Positions 46,601 to 58,600 of a DNA stretch of 64,000 nucleotides are shown here, piece after piece (the first letter of the stretch is position 1; every line of letters begins with the position of its first letter). The DNA lies in NCBI GenBank assembly GCA_010093995.1, contig ML992501.1:1855583-1919582 (forward strand), in the 5' to 3' direction. The notes below the pieces were generated by a model. It had not been told where the DNA came from, searched no databases, and worked only from the letters and a program-made list of their open reading frames with translations. Origin of the DNA: Elsinoe ampelina. Taxonomy: Eukaryota. Position numbers and translations under genes: made by a program.

Positions 46601-49600
46601 TCTCGGGAGCCTGCTCAGCGCTTGGTACGTCCAGAATCTCCCTGGGAGCAAGACCTGTCGTGTCAAGGGGCAGCTCCTCATGCTCCACAGCGGCAGGTTG
46701 AAGCTCACCCGCTGGCATCTCCCCCGTGAGCTCGATAGCACGCCGAGCGTTCTGATCATTCGAGTCATCCTCTTCAGTGTCGACGATCTTCTTGCCTTTG
46801 CGTTTCTTCTTGTTCGATTTCGTGAATATGGACTCTTCCGGCCCCTCAGCCTTCGATAGCTCTTCCTGGGATCTGCTGAGCATCGCTGCAGTGAAGCCAG
46901 CCGCTCCGAGACCTGCAGTCAATGCAGCAGTGAAATCATCATCCCCTTGCCCGTAAGTCGATGGCTTGTCGTGAGAATCTGGCAACTCCTTTGAAAGCGT
47001 ACCCTCATCTAGAAGAGACTGCTCAGTCTTTTCCTCAGATGGCGTATCCGTGGTCGATCTGCGATTCTTCTTCCCTTTCCGGCCTTTCTTGTTGACGATA
47101 GCAAAGGCTTCTTCAGGATCCACCTCTGCTACAGTACCTGGCGGCGATGATCGGCGGTGGAAGACTGGGTCCTCCACAACCATGTTAGAGTCGAAGCCGG
47201 ATTGTGCAAGACCAGCTGCGAGAGTGGCTGCAAAGTCTATATCGTTGGATGGCGGGCTAACAGCTCTTGCGAATGACGATTGTGTTCCTCTCGCGCGATC
47301 ATCGGACTCCCGCAGAACCGTGGTCTGTGACAAGTTGGCCCGCAGTCCTTCTTCCGCAGTCTTCTCAGCTACCGGTGTAGGCGGATCATCCTCGACATCG
47401 AAACCCTTTGCCTTCTTGGATTTGCGTTTTTCCTTTTTCGAGATCTTGCGAGTGATTGGAAATTCGGACTGGTCGATGTGAGTAGTGTCTTGCGCTCGAG
47501 ATGCGTCCTCAGTGTCGACCGTTGTTAACTTTTCCGCCACAGGCATGGCTGTCGGGACTCCCTCGTCATCCTGCTCAGCTGCTTCAACCTCGTCCGCCCA
47601 GTCAAATTTACTGAGTGGCCGAGAAAGGCGGAATTGATCTGGGACGCTTGATCGTGGTCCTGATCGGGCTTCGGCCAGTTCGGACGTTCCCTTTTCGCCG
47701 CCAATGGTCTGTGCTATAGACTCTTCTGAGGCTGGGTTGGACGCGACGACTGTGTCAGGCACCACGTCCGATTGCTCATCTTCGGCGAGGTCAAGAGTCT
47801 TTCGCTTCTGCTTGGCTTTCTTCCGATCTTTCTTGGAAAGTTTGAGACTAAAGGGAGAGAATTCCTCGTTGTCTGGTTCCCGATCCACGAGTTCTACTGG
47901 CTTTGCTTGTGCAGTGCTGCTGTCCTGTTCCGTGGAAACGAGGTTCTTCTCGTGGTTGTCGATTGGTGTCTCAGCAGGTACAGCGACAGAAGAGATCCCA
48001 CGTTCTGGTGATTCTCTTCGTGACAAAAGTGGCTGACGCTCATCCTCGAGCAGCTCGGAAGGCGCTCTTGTCAAGGGCATTCGGTCTACCCCCATGAAGC
48101 ACTCGTTGCCTTCGGAGGAGACGTGGGATGATTGCTGCCTGTGCGGTTCCGACTCTGTGTCGCGAGGCGGACTGTCCTTGAAACGCGAAATACCAACTTC
48201 CTCGACTGGTGATTCGGTCGTAATGACAGCATCTGATTGCTTTGCTGGTGTCGCTGGGATGTCAATTGGGTCCGTGATTGCTGCTGATCGATCGACAGTA
48301 TTTAGCCCGATGAGAGGTTCAGAGGACAACACTGCTTCAGAGATAGCATCCTTCGTTTCCCTGACTACGACAACATCTTCTGACTTGGACGGATCAACTT
48401 GAGTAGACAAGTCTGGCTGCCGATCCGCTAACGCCAATTTCTGACCAGCTTCCTCAAGATCAGCGGGCAGAGGAACTTCCCTTGAAAGAGGCGTTCCAAT
48501 AGCTGATGCGCGTTTCGACTTCTTCCCTTTCTTCTTCTTAGACATACGAGCCCACATCTCATCCGGCGTCTCCATGTTCGAATCGAGGAGTGGGTCAATA
48601 TCCCAATCCCCGAGCGGAGTTGGTATGGCGGATGTCTGTGCGCTGGTAATGGCAAGATTGTCGGTCTGGATGGGTGACAGGTCGCGAAGGTCTTCGGGCA
48701 TCTTCATTGTCTCGAGAGGGACGTCTGGTGAAGGCTGTGCAGGCTCGGAGATCGTGGATTCACGACGGTCGGATGTAGCTGGGAGGTCTCGCAAGTCAGA
48801 TGGCATGACCATGCGTTCCAGAGGACGATCATCCGGTGCTGGACTCGGCACTTGCGACTGCACTTCGGATTTGGGCAGCCCGTCTCCGTCGCGGTTCACT
48901 TGTTCTTTGATCTCGTCGGGTGCAGCGCCGTTGTGTTCCGTCTTGATTTCCTCGGCCTTGTCATCACTCCGCAGAGCAAGAGCACCCGCAGCTGTGGCGA
49001 GAACAGCAGCCGCAGCGGCAGCCTTCCGACCCTTCTTCTTGCTCTTCGAGGTGGTCGGCGCCCAATCGTCCTCTTCAGGTTGATCGCTGGTAGGATGCTG
49101 GACAGGAGCTGTAACCTCAAAGTCGTCTGCCCGCTCAGTGACAGGGGGAGTCATCTGAGCGAAGTCGACGCCCGAAGCTCGTTTGCCTTTTTTGCCCTTC
49201 TTGCCTTTCTTAACGACGTATGAGCTCCATTCGTCTTCTGGTGTGGCTTGAACTGACTGTATTGGTGCCGAGTCGTTGATGGCTGGCGTGTCTGCGGGCT
49301 CGACTGCTTTTGATGGGCCCATACTGTCAGCAGTAGTGTCGATAGTCGGAACGCCTCGTTCAATATCCTTGCTAGTGGATGTGGCCAGTTGTTGCTCGGT
49401 CGCCGATCCGGTGGAGGCTGCATACTGGTCGGCAGTACCCCTGAGAGATTGCTCAGCAGGAGGATCAAAGCCAGATTGATGAGGGACCGGATCGAGCTCG
49501 TCGCTGATGGCCCGCTTGGAATTCTTCCCTTTACGTGCTTTCTTTGTTGTGAATTCGTCATTCCAAGAAGTTTCGATATGCGCAGTGGAAATTGGTTCTG

Positions 49601-52600
49601 TGGCAGGTTCATCGACGCGAGACTCCGTGTTGGCGAACTCGTCCACAGCCGGCTGGCTGCCCTCAGCGACTCCCATGGTTTCGCCATGGCTTGTTGCTGT
49701 AGCCATATCCACCTTAGCAGGTTGCGAGATGACCTCGTTTGTAGTCGGAGCCTGCTCGTCTGCCTCAGCACGTTTCCCCTTCTTGCCCTTACGCTTCTTG
49801 AGAGGAGTGAAGCCCCAACCATCATCTGCGATGGTCTCATTGATTGTCGTGTTAGGCTCCTCTTGTTGGAGAATCGGTTCCGACGTCGACTCAATGGCTT
49901 GGATCTGCCCTACTGGATCAGCTGGAACAGGTGCGAGATTTCCAGACTCGTTATCAAGCGGCATCGCGGCATCAGCGATGGGCGCCGGTGCTGCCTCAAA
50001 CTCAATTGCTTCTGCCCGCTTCCCTTTCTTGCCTTTCCGCTTCTTGACTGGAAAGTCCCAAGCATCATCTGCTGCGGTCTCGGCTGGTGGCTGTGACCGT
50101 TGCAATTCGATGTCGGCCTGTTTGTCTATGGCGATGACTTCCGTTGTTGGCAGGACCTCCACGTCTCTTGAAGATTGCTCTAGGCTCGGGAGTGGTGCAT
50201 TGTCGTTGGGGACCGGGACCTCCTGTCCTTCCAGTGTCGTTTCTTCCGCCGGAGTCTCAGACAATGCCTTTCCCTTGCCACGCTTCTTGTCCTTTCTAGA
50301 CTTCTTGGTGACGAAGACTTCCGAAGGGGGTTCAACCGGATTCTCAACATTCTTGACTTCTGTGTTACTGACATCGGGATCATCAGCATGGGCTGAGGTA
50401 GTTTCAGTGACGGCGGGCATCTGACTAACGGTCTCCAGCTCCTCCACATCGCCACGCATCCGGCTGCTCTCATCCCTGATCAGATCAACTTCACCCCACA
50501 GATTGGAGAAATCCCTTGGCTTCGCAGGCAGAGACGAAACAGGTTGGTCAGGGGTGGCTTCGATCGATGGCACTGGGTCCGGATGCGGGTTTTGCGCCTG
50601 AACGTCTTCAGTGGAAGTATGCTCAGGCAGAGGAGCATCGGGATCCGGTCGAGTGAATCGATCCGACTCATCCCTCACCAGATCTTCGGGGCCCCATAGC
50701 GGCTCGCTGGAAGCAGTCTTCGTTTCGCTCGACTGTTGGACGGTTGTGTCGGAATCTTGGTTCTTATCGTGCTGCTCAGTAGACTTTTCTGCGTCGCCAT
50801 CTAAGATTGTTCTGTCCCTGGATTTGCTCGACGAGGAACGCTTGTCTGATTTGTCGCTGCTGCGTTTCGATTTGCCAGCAATACCAGGTAGGACCCACGA
50901 GAGCACTGTCGAGGTAGCTGACTTTCGTTTCTCATCCTTGCTTTTGGATCGCTTGTCTTTGTTCCCACGCTCAGTTGACTTGCTCCGCGTATCGATGGGT
51001 GACGACGAATCATCGATCTTCTCGGCCTCGATGCCGTCCTTAGTCGTAGGTTGCTGTTCGGAGACGGTATCGTCTTGCTGTACAACCATACGGCTGTCCG
51101 GCAATATCTGGTCTTGCGTACCGACTGATGAGGATTCTTCGGGATGCACAGAACCGTCGGATTTGCCGTTTTTGTGATTTCCAGTACCGAGAGCTGCGAC
51201 CGTAGCACCTACGCCCGCAACAGCACCAGCCATTAGGCCCCAATAGTCTGTAGATCTGATCGCGTCCTGTTGTGATGTCTGCACCATTTCCGAGGTAGCT
51301 ACTTTGTCGTCCAAAGGGTCGGTGAGGGACTCAGCGGATTCTCTGAATTGCGGTGGTGTGGCGTCTTCAGTCCCTGCGGGTGTTACTTCGCCATTGCCGT
51401 CTTCATCCTCGAACGCCCAGGGATCAGATCTTCGAGCCTTCTTCAACTTCTTCCGCTCGGCTTTGGAGAGTTGCTTTGTATCTATTTCAATGGACTCGGT
51501 CTGTGCTGGCATTGTACCTTGCACGACATCTGTAGCGTCGTCGAAGCTCCTGACAGGTTCCACTGGCTCGCCAGTTGCTACCGATTCTGTTGGCTCTTGC
51601 AAAGGCTCATCGTTCCAAAGATCCACCTTCTTGCCTTTCTTGAGCTTTTTCAGCTCCTTCTTGGACAGTGGTTTAGCCCATTCGTCGGTCTCACTTGCTT
51701 GGTTCTGCGTAGCAGGAGAGTCAGAAGGCGGCTCGTGCGAAACGATCGTGGTTGGAGGCTCCTTTTGGAAAGGAGTGGCCTGCGTATCGAGTTCAGCTTC
51801 TTCCACTGCGATCGCAGCTGGGTTATCCTCAACAGCCACTTGCTTGCCCTTTTTCAGCTTCTTCAGCTCTTTCTTGGATAGCGGTTTCGACCATGGCTCA
51901 ATTTCCTGTTCCAGGTCGGGATCTGCAGGTGCCTCTTTTCCTACAGTGGGGTCTGCATCTGCCAGGACAATTTCGCGAGGCGCGTCGGTATCCACCTCTC
52001 GAGTACCAGCGACGTCGACGATTTGCTTGCCCTCGGCGTCGACGGACGGTGATGGCTCCTCGCTCCACAAGTCGACTTTCTTGCCTTTCTTCAGCTTCTT
52101 TAGTTCCTTCTTCGAGAGTGGTTTTGACCGCTCGTCAGCTTCAGGTTCCTGCTCAACGATAGTGCGAGAAGGGTCCGCAGTAGTTTGATTAGTGACGTCC
52201 ACAGTGTCGGCAAGCGCCTCGTTCTCGACAGTAGTAGCAGTATTTGCGTCATCGTCAGGCTGCTTGCTGTCGCTGACAATGTTCGTGGTCGGCTCTTCAA
52301 TGGCAGTGTTCACCGGCTCATCACTCCATGGGTCTACTTGCTTCCCCTTCTTCAGCTTCTTGAGTTCTTTCTTCGAAAGTGGCTTACTCCAAGGCTCCGG
52401 TTCGGTCCCATTCGGTGGCTCGTCTGCGAGCTCCAAGGGTTGCGCTCTATCCTGAGTGGTCCCGGCATAAACACCAAGGTTATCGTCTGCTTCTGAGTAT
52501 TCGGTCGGTTGAGTGGCATTGGCATTGATTGCCAATGGTTCTTCTCTACCCGGAGATAGAGCCGTCGGCGATTTAGCAGATAGATCCACCTGCTTTCCTT

Positions 52601-55600
52601 TCTTGAGCTTCTTCAGCTCCTTTTTGGAAAGAGACTTGCTCCCGGCTTCTGGTACTGCGGTGTCGACTGGGGCGTCGGGCTGCATATGGCTGGAGATATC
52701 CTCAGACTGGAGTTGTGGAGTTTCGAGGTTGGTTCTCGTCTCGGCCGAGTCATCCGGGAGGTCTGTTTGCTGTAAAGAAGCCGAATTGTCAAGCGTGCTT
52801 CTACCAGTCAGTTGTCTGTCCTCCGCGGCAGGAGATGGCTCCTCTGCCCAGATGTCAACTTTCTTGCCCTTCTTCAGCTTTTTCAGCTCTTTCTTTGATA
52901 ACGGCTTCGACCATTCTTCGATCTCAGTAGGGTCTTGTGGACGCACGGGCGGATCAGCCTGCGGTTGCTGGACATCTGGGATGGCAGCGGCGTCAGATTC
53001 GCCGATGGTCTGGAGGGCAGAGGCGTCAACAGCATCAATCTTTTCGATATCGAGCTTGGCGAGAGGATGATGTGACCCAGCAAGTGGGTCGCTCTGTCTC
53101 TCTTCATTAGGTGTTGAGGCTTGAGTCGACGGCTCTTCGGTCCACAAGTCGATCTTCTTGCCCTTCTTCAACTTCTTGAGCTCTTTCTTGGAAAGTGCTC
53201 GCGCTTCTGGCTGGACAGAGGACTCTGCAGGGGGCGGCTCAACTTCGGTCTGTTGTTCGACGTGCTCGGACACGAAACGGGACGGGGCAGATGTCTCGAT
53301 AGGTTCAGCGTCGGTCGACGTAGCATGTGACATGAATGCTTCACTTTGGTCCTGTGGGACTGGCTCGGTTGTTGCTGGCACAACGTCGTTCCAGATGTCA
53401 AATTGAACGCCCTTCCCCTTCTTTCCTTTCTTCTTCTTGTCAGACTTCAAGGGAGTAGATGCCCGTTCAACCTCAGTAGGTTTGGTCGTTCCCGCGGATC
53501 TCTCCACGGCGGTCACGGGCGTCGTGATGATCGATGGTTGCTCCTCAAAAGACGTTTGCTGCAGCTGCTGCATCTGCTCATCAATTCTAAACGTCTCCGA
53601 CTGTTTCGATTCGTGAGTCTCAAGAGCGGGCAGACTTGTCGTGGGGTCATCTTCCTTCGAAATTCCAAGTTCAGTAAGACCTGACGGTGGTTGATCTCGA
53701 GTCGTAGATGGAACATCAGCAGGTACCACGATCGCTTCCTCCGACTTTAATTCGACAATGTCACGCTTGCTCTTACTGCCTTTTCGTTCTCGCTTTGCTC
53801 GCCACTCCTTGCCTGGACTCTCACTCTCGCCGAAAAGACCATCGACAGCATCCCGAGTATCTTGCTCGTTCCTCTCCTTAATCTCTTCCGCAGTCTCGCG
53901 ATCGACTTCACCGCTTGTCACGACAGCAGTGCCGAGCTTGAGAGGCTTGCCTTTCTTCTTGCTGCCCTTACGGGCAGGTTTGAGGACGAATGCAGGCTCC
54001 GGCTGTTCGCTGGGTGTGGCAAAGGAGGGGCTGGGCTCCTCCAGTGGCGTGGCGAACACGGAATGTGATCCTGGGGAGATCGGTGTGGGCTCAGCAAGGC
54101 TAGAGGTGGTTGGAGGCATGTCAGACCCGTCGCTGATAGGCTCGCGCGAATGAGAGCTAACGTCGGTCTCGGTCAGAGCGTCGGCAGCGAGTGCAGCTCC
54201 GGGCCCAAGTGCTACAGTGCTAGCAATGGTGCCAAAGTCCAAGCCTGTAGAGACGGTAGGTGCACTGTCAGGTTGCGGGACTTGGTCGACCGCATCTCTG
54301 GCTGCGCGTTCTTCCCTCTCCTTCTCCTCCCTAAGCATATCTTCCCAGCTGTAAAACTCGGGTTCACGCTTGGGCTTTTTGCTGAACACATCGGAAGGAA
54401 AGGCGCTCGCTCGAGGAGTACTCTGATTGGAGCTTAGCACGTCCTCGAAACGCATCTGCGACTCGATTGAACGCTCTATAGGCAAGTCGAAGTTCTTGAA
54501 TTCATCCTCGGCAGACATGGCTGGCAGTGGTGTTTCTACGGCGTCTTCGAAGAGCTGCTCCTCAACAGCACTCTCATATCCGTCGCTACCTCTAAGGCTC
54601 GATGCGCGGCTCGTCTCCCGACTGATCGGAAGAGGTGGTAGCGGCTCGTCCTCAAGGACTATTTCACTGGGCTTACGATTGTGCTCGACGAGATACAAAG
54701 GTTGAAACTCTCGTCTGATCTCAATAGATCGGGGCCTCGAAGCTCTGGTCCGAGGTGTAATGAGAGAAGCAGGGGAATCTGGTGAAGCAGGTACTTGACT
54801 CGAGAAGCTCTCTGCTCGTTGCCGTGAAGCGTTTGGCGTGGACGTCGTGCTCACCGATGGTGAAGGTGGCGGCCGGCGAAAGCGGAATGGTACAGCTGTA
54901 GCGGACGCTGGGCGAAGTGGCAAAGCTGCGGGACGCCGAGGAGTCTCTGTAACCGGTGACTGAAGGGATAGAGACTCTGGCGACATGACACTGCCTCCGA
55001 GGCTTTCTTCATGATACATGGTCGCGGTACCAAGATCAGCTGACCTGTCGGAATTTATGGCCGTCTCTGGAGCTCGAGACAGCTGGGTTGATGGTTCGGC
55101 GGGTAGAGATTGAAGCTCCTCAACCTCTACCCGCTTGGCTAAAAAAGACTGATCCTGGTATTTATCCTCTCCGGTCAATGTGCTGCTCCGGTCACGGTTT
55201 CGCAGATCCTCTTTGGACGAAGTTGATCGACGAGATAATTGATCAGGTGGGCTCTCTGCTTCGCGGTCTCGTCGACGTTCGCGCTTCGACTCGGATGGTA
55301 TATCACCATAGTCTGCAGTGCTCCGCCGCGAGATGCCAGAGGCAACACTGCGTGTGTCATCGTCGTCTCCTGTCCCGCGACGGCGATGATGTTTCTTGTC
55401 TTTCTTGTCGTCGCGATCATCTGGCTCATCTTGATTGGCGTCTTCCGACTTGCGACGGAACATTCCGAACAGGCCGCCCTTCTTGTCCTTCTTCGACGAG
55501 CTCTCATCTTTATCACGCTTTGACTTGCTCGAACGCTCAGAGTAGCCTGAAACCATGGACATGTTGTCATCAAAGTCGCCACTACGTCTTGACTTTTTCT

Positions 55601-58600
55601 TACGGGCTCTCCGCTCCTCTTCTGTCTCGGTTCGTTGAGGCTCGTCAAAGGATCCCGGAATGCCATAATTGAACTGCTCTCGCTCGGTGTTGCCATTCCT
55701 GTCCGCAGAGGCGGCCTCATACGGTGGTGAGCGTGATAGAGTGTCTCGTCGCTGGCGGGACTTCTCGTCAATAGGACTCCTATCGTCGAATCGATCCTCA
55801 TCTCGTTTGTCTGAGCGAGATTTCAGTGCATCGTTGGCGACGAAACCGGCAGCCCCGCCGGCTAGCAGCGCTGTAGCGATGTCACCGAAGCTCTGCTTGT
55901 CCTTTCTGCGGTCGCCAGCTTCGGACTGAGTGTCGCGATCAATTTGGTCCTCTCGACGTTTGCTGCCAGGCTCTGACGCGGCATATGTATCTCGAGTTGT
56001 AGAAGTGTCCCGAGAAGATTTGTCGTCGGCCAGACTCTTGCGGCGTTCCTTCTCGAGCTTCTTCTTGTCCTTTTTCGAGAGTGGGGCTGCCCAGGCTGTG
56101 TCTAGCTCTTCCTCCTTGGACGCAATGCCATTCGTTGAAAGGACAGGCTCGGATATATCATCGGTATTTTGTCGAGCAAGCTTGTCTCGCTTTTTCAGCT
56201 CCTTCTTGCTCAACGGTACTTGCCACTCGTCAGCTGTGGGAGCTTCTTCCACAGGAGTCTCGACCGGCGTAGGGAAGTCTTCTGTGTTTTGTCTAGCAAG
56301 CTTGTCTCGTTTCTTCTGTTCCTTCTTGCTCAACGGAATCTGCCACTCGTCGGCTGCAGAGGTTTCCTCGACCGGGGTCTCGACTGGAGTAGAGAAGTCG
56401 TCCGTGTTCTGTCGAGCAAGCTTGTCACGTTTCTTTTGCTCCTTCTTGCTCAAGGGAACTTGCCACTCATCCTGGACGGAAACCTCCTTGACTGGCGTTT
56501 CGACCGGCGTCGAAAACTCGTCGGTGTTCTGTCGTGCCAATTTGTCCCTTTTCTTCTGCTCCTTTTTACTTAGAGGGACAGACCACTCATCATTTGCAGC
56601 GTCGTGGAATGCGGTTGACTCTGACTGCTCCTTGACAGGGATCTCAATTGGATTGGCAAAGTCATCCGTAGCTTGCCGTGCCAATTTCTCTCGCTTCTTC
56701 TGTTCCTTGCGTGACAGGGTCGGAGTCCATGTGTCTTCTTGCTCAGCAATGGCTTCAATGACAGGCTGAATCATAGGGTCAGAAGCTGGCTCAGGAATCG
56801 TCTGCAAAGGCGTCACAGAAGCGCTCGCGAAATCGTCCGTATCCTCCCTGACGAGCTTGTCTCGACGTTTCCTGTCCTTTTTCGAAAGAGGTGCTTCGAA
56901 AAATTGCTCCTCGTTGTCTTTCGTAGGAGGTGTTTGGACTGCCATGAATGGCTCCAGAGCTTCAGCGACTATGTCATCAGTATCGCGACGAGGTAGCTTG
57001 TCTCGCTTGCGTTGCTCCTTCTTAGTGAGCGGCTTCTCCCAACTTTCCTTGTCGCCAGCGGCCTGGGCGACAGGCTCCTCGATGACGGATGAAGCACGCT
57101 CGGACATGTCTGGCTCAGAGGCAAAATCTACAATCTCACGCGTGCCAGTCTTGCCCTTCCGCTTCTTGTCCTTTTTGCTAAGGCCAGTGTCCCATGTTTC
57201 AGATCTTGTGTCGAGATCTCGATCCTCTTTCTCAAGATTGCGAGGTGGCAGCGAAGACCATGACTGAGCAAGAGGCCCGTCTTCGATGACCTTATCCTTG
57301 ACCTCGCGAACACGAGATGTATCCCGGCTAGGAGGCTTCGTTTCTCGTGATATTGTTGGTGGTGGCCCATCTTCGAAAGCACCTGGAATATAGGACCTCC
57401 TCTCAGCCACGGGCGTTGGCTCGTCCACCTCGCCTTCAATAAAGCCTCGAACAGGCGGTGCTCCCTCAGTACCAGGAGAGTCTAATGACATTCCAAGATC
57501 GGACACGGTCTCGAAGAAGGGTGACTGGTAGATACCAGGTCGTTCGAAAGATGATCTCGGCTCTTCGCGAACGACTTCGATTGTCTCAGGCTCTCCAGTA
57601 AATCTGTCAGCGGCGAATGGAGCCGCGGCGGATGGGAGATCGCTGAATTTGTAGCTCGTGCTGGGCTCGCCACGTTCATCGCTCTTGACTTCGATGACCG
57701 GATCTGAGGGATACGCCCCAGCAGGTGGTAAACGCGGACTGTGCGCAGGGGACTCGATCTCATAGAAGCGAGTATCATCTGGACCCCAGCTGACTCGATT
57801 GGCCACTTTCTCGTCCCTTGTCTTCTCGGCGGACTGATTGGGGATTTCACGTTCCGTCACGACGTGTGGAGAGACCGGCGATTTGTCGCCCTTGGCAGAG
57901 CCTGCCATGCTCACAGGGGGTGTAGGCACAATCAATCCCAGATGAGGCACACCGTCCTTGCGGATTAGCACCTGAGTCTTAGGATCGAAACGCTTAAAGT
58001 CGCCTGCATGCATAGTGTAGTGGATGTCAGCATCGGCATTGGGTACCCATTCCTTCAGCTTCTTCTGCCGTTCCTCCTCTTCGGAGAGGACAGGTTTCTT
58101 TTCGAGTTCTTTAGGCGCAAAGAACTCAGCTTGCGTGGGCTGTGGCGAGGTGTACTTCTCTTTCAGATCTGCAACGACGCGCGCCGCAGTATCTCTGGCA
58201 GCATCAGAATATTCTACACGAGATCGTCCGCGCTTTTGATCTTCGGGAGTGTCCGGAGAATAGGCATCGTCTTCGGTATCGCGACGACTCGGCTTGAATG
58301 TCTGAGTGTAGTATCCTGTAGCAGGGTCGTAACTCGAGTGCGTTTGTTCTGCCAAATCGTTATGACCAGGGTATGGAGGCGGAGGCGTCGAGCGTGCTCC
58401 TCCTTCTCGTGCTTGTCGCTCGGCCAGCTCCTTCTTCTTGGCTGCTATGAGCGCCTCCAGCTCTCGCTCGCGGTCCGACAAAGCATTTACAGGCTGCTGA
58501 GGAGGCTGTGAAACTTGCGGGTTGGTAATTGGAGGAGGAGACGGTAGAGCACCGCTCATGCTGTATTGTGCTTCGTGCTCGGCTCTATCAGCGATAGCTT

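Noticed and set aside
56161..56710. Regular repeats as a CRISPR-like array
   Set aside because: Eukaryotic in-frame coding tandem repeats without unique spacers.
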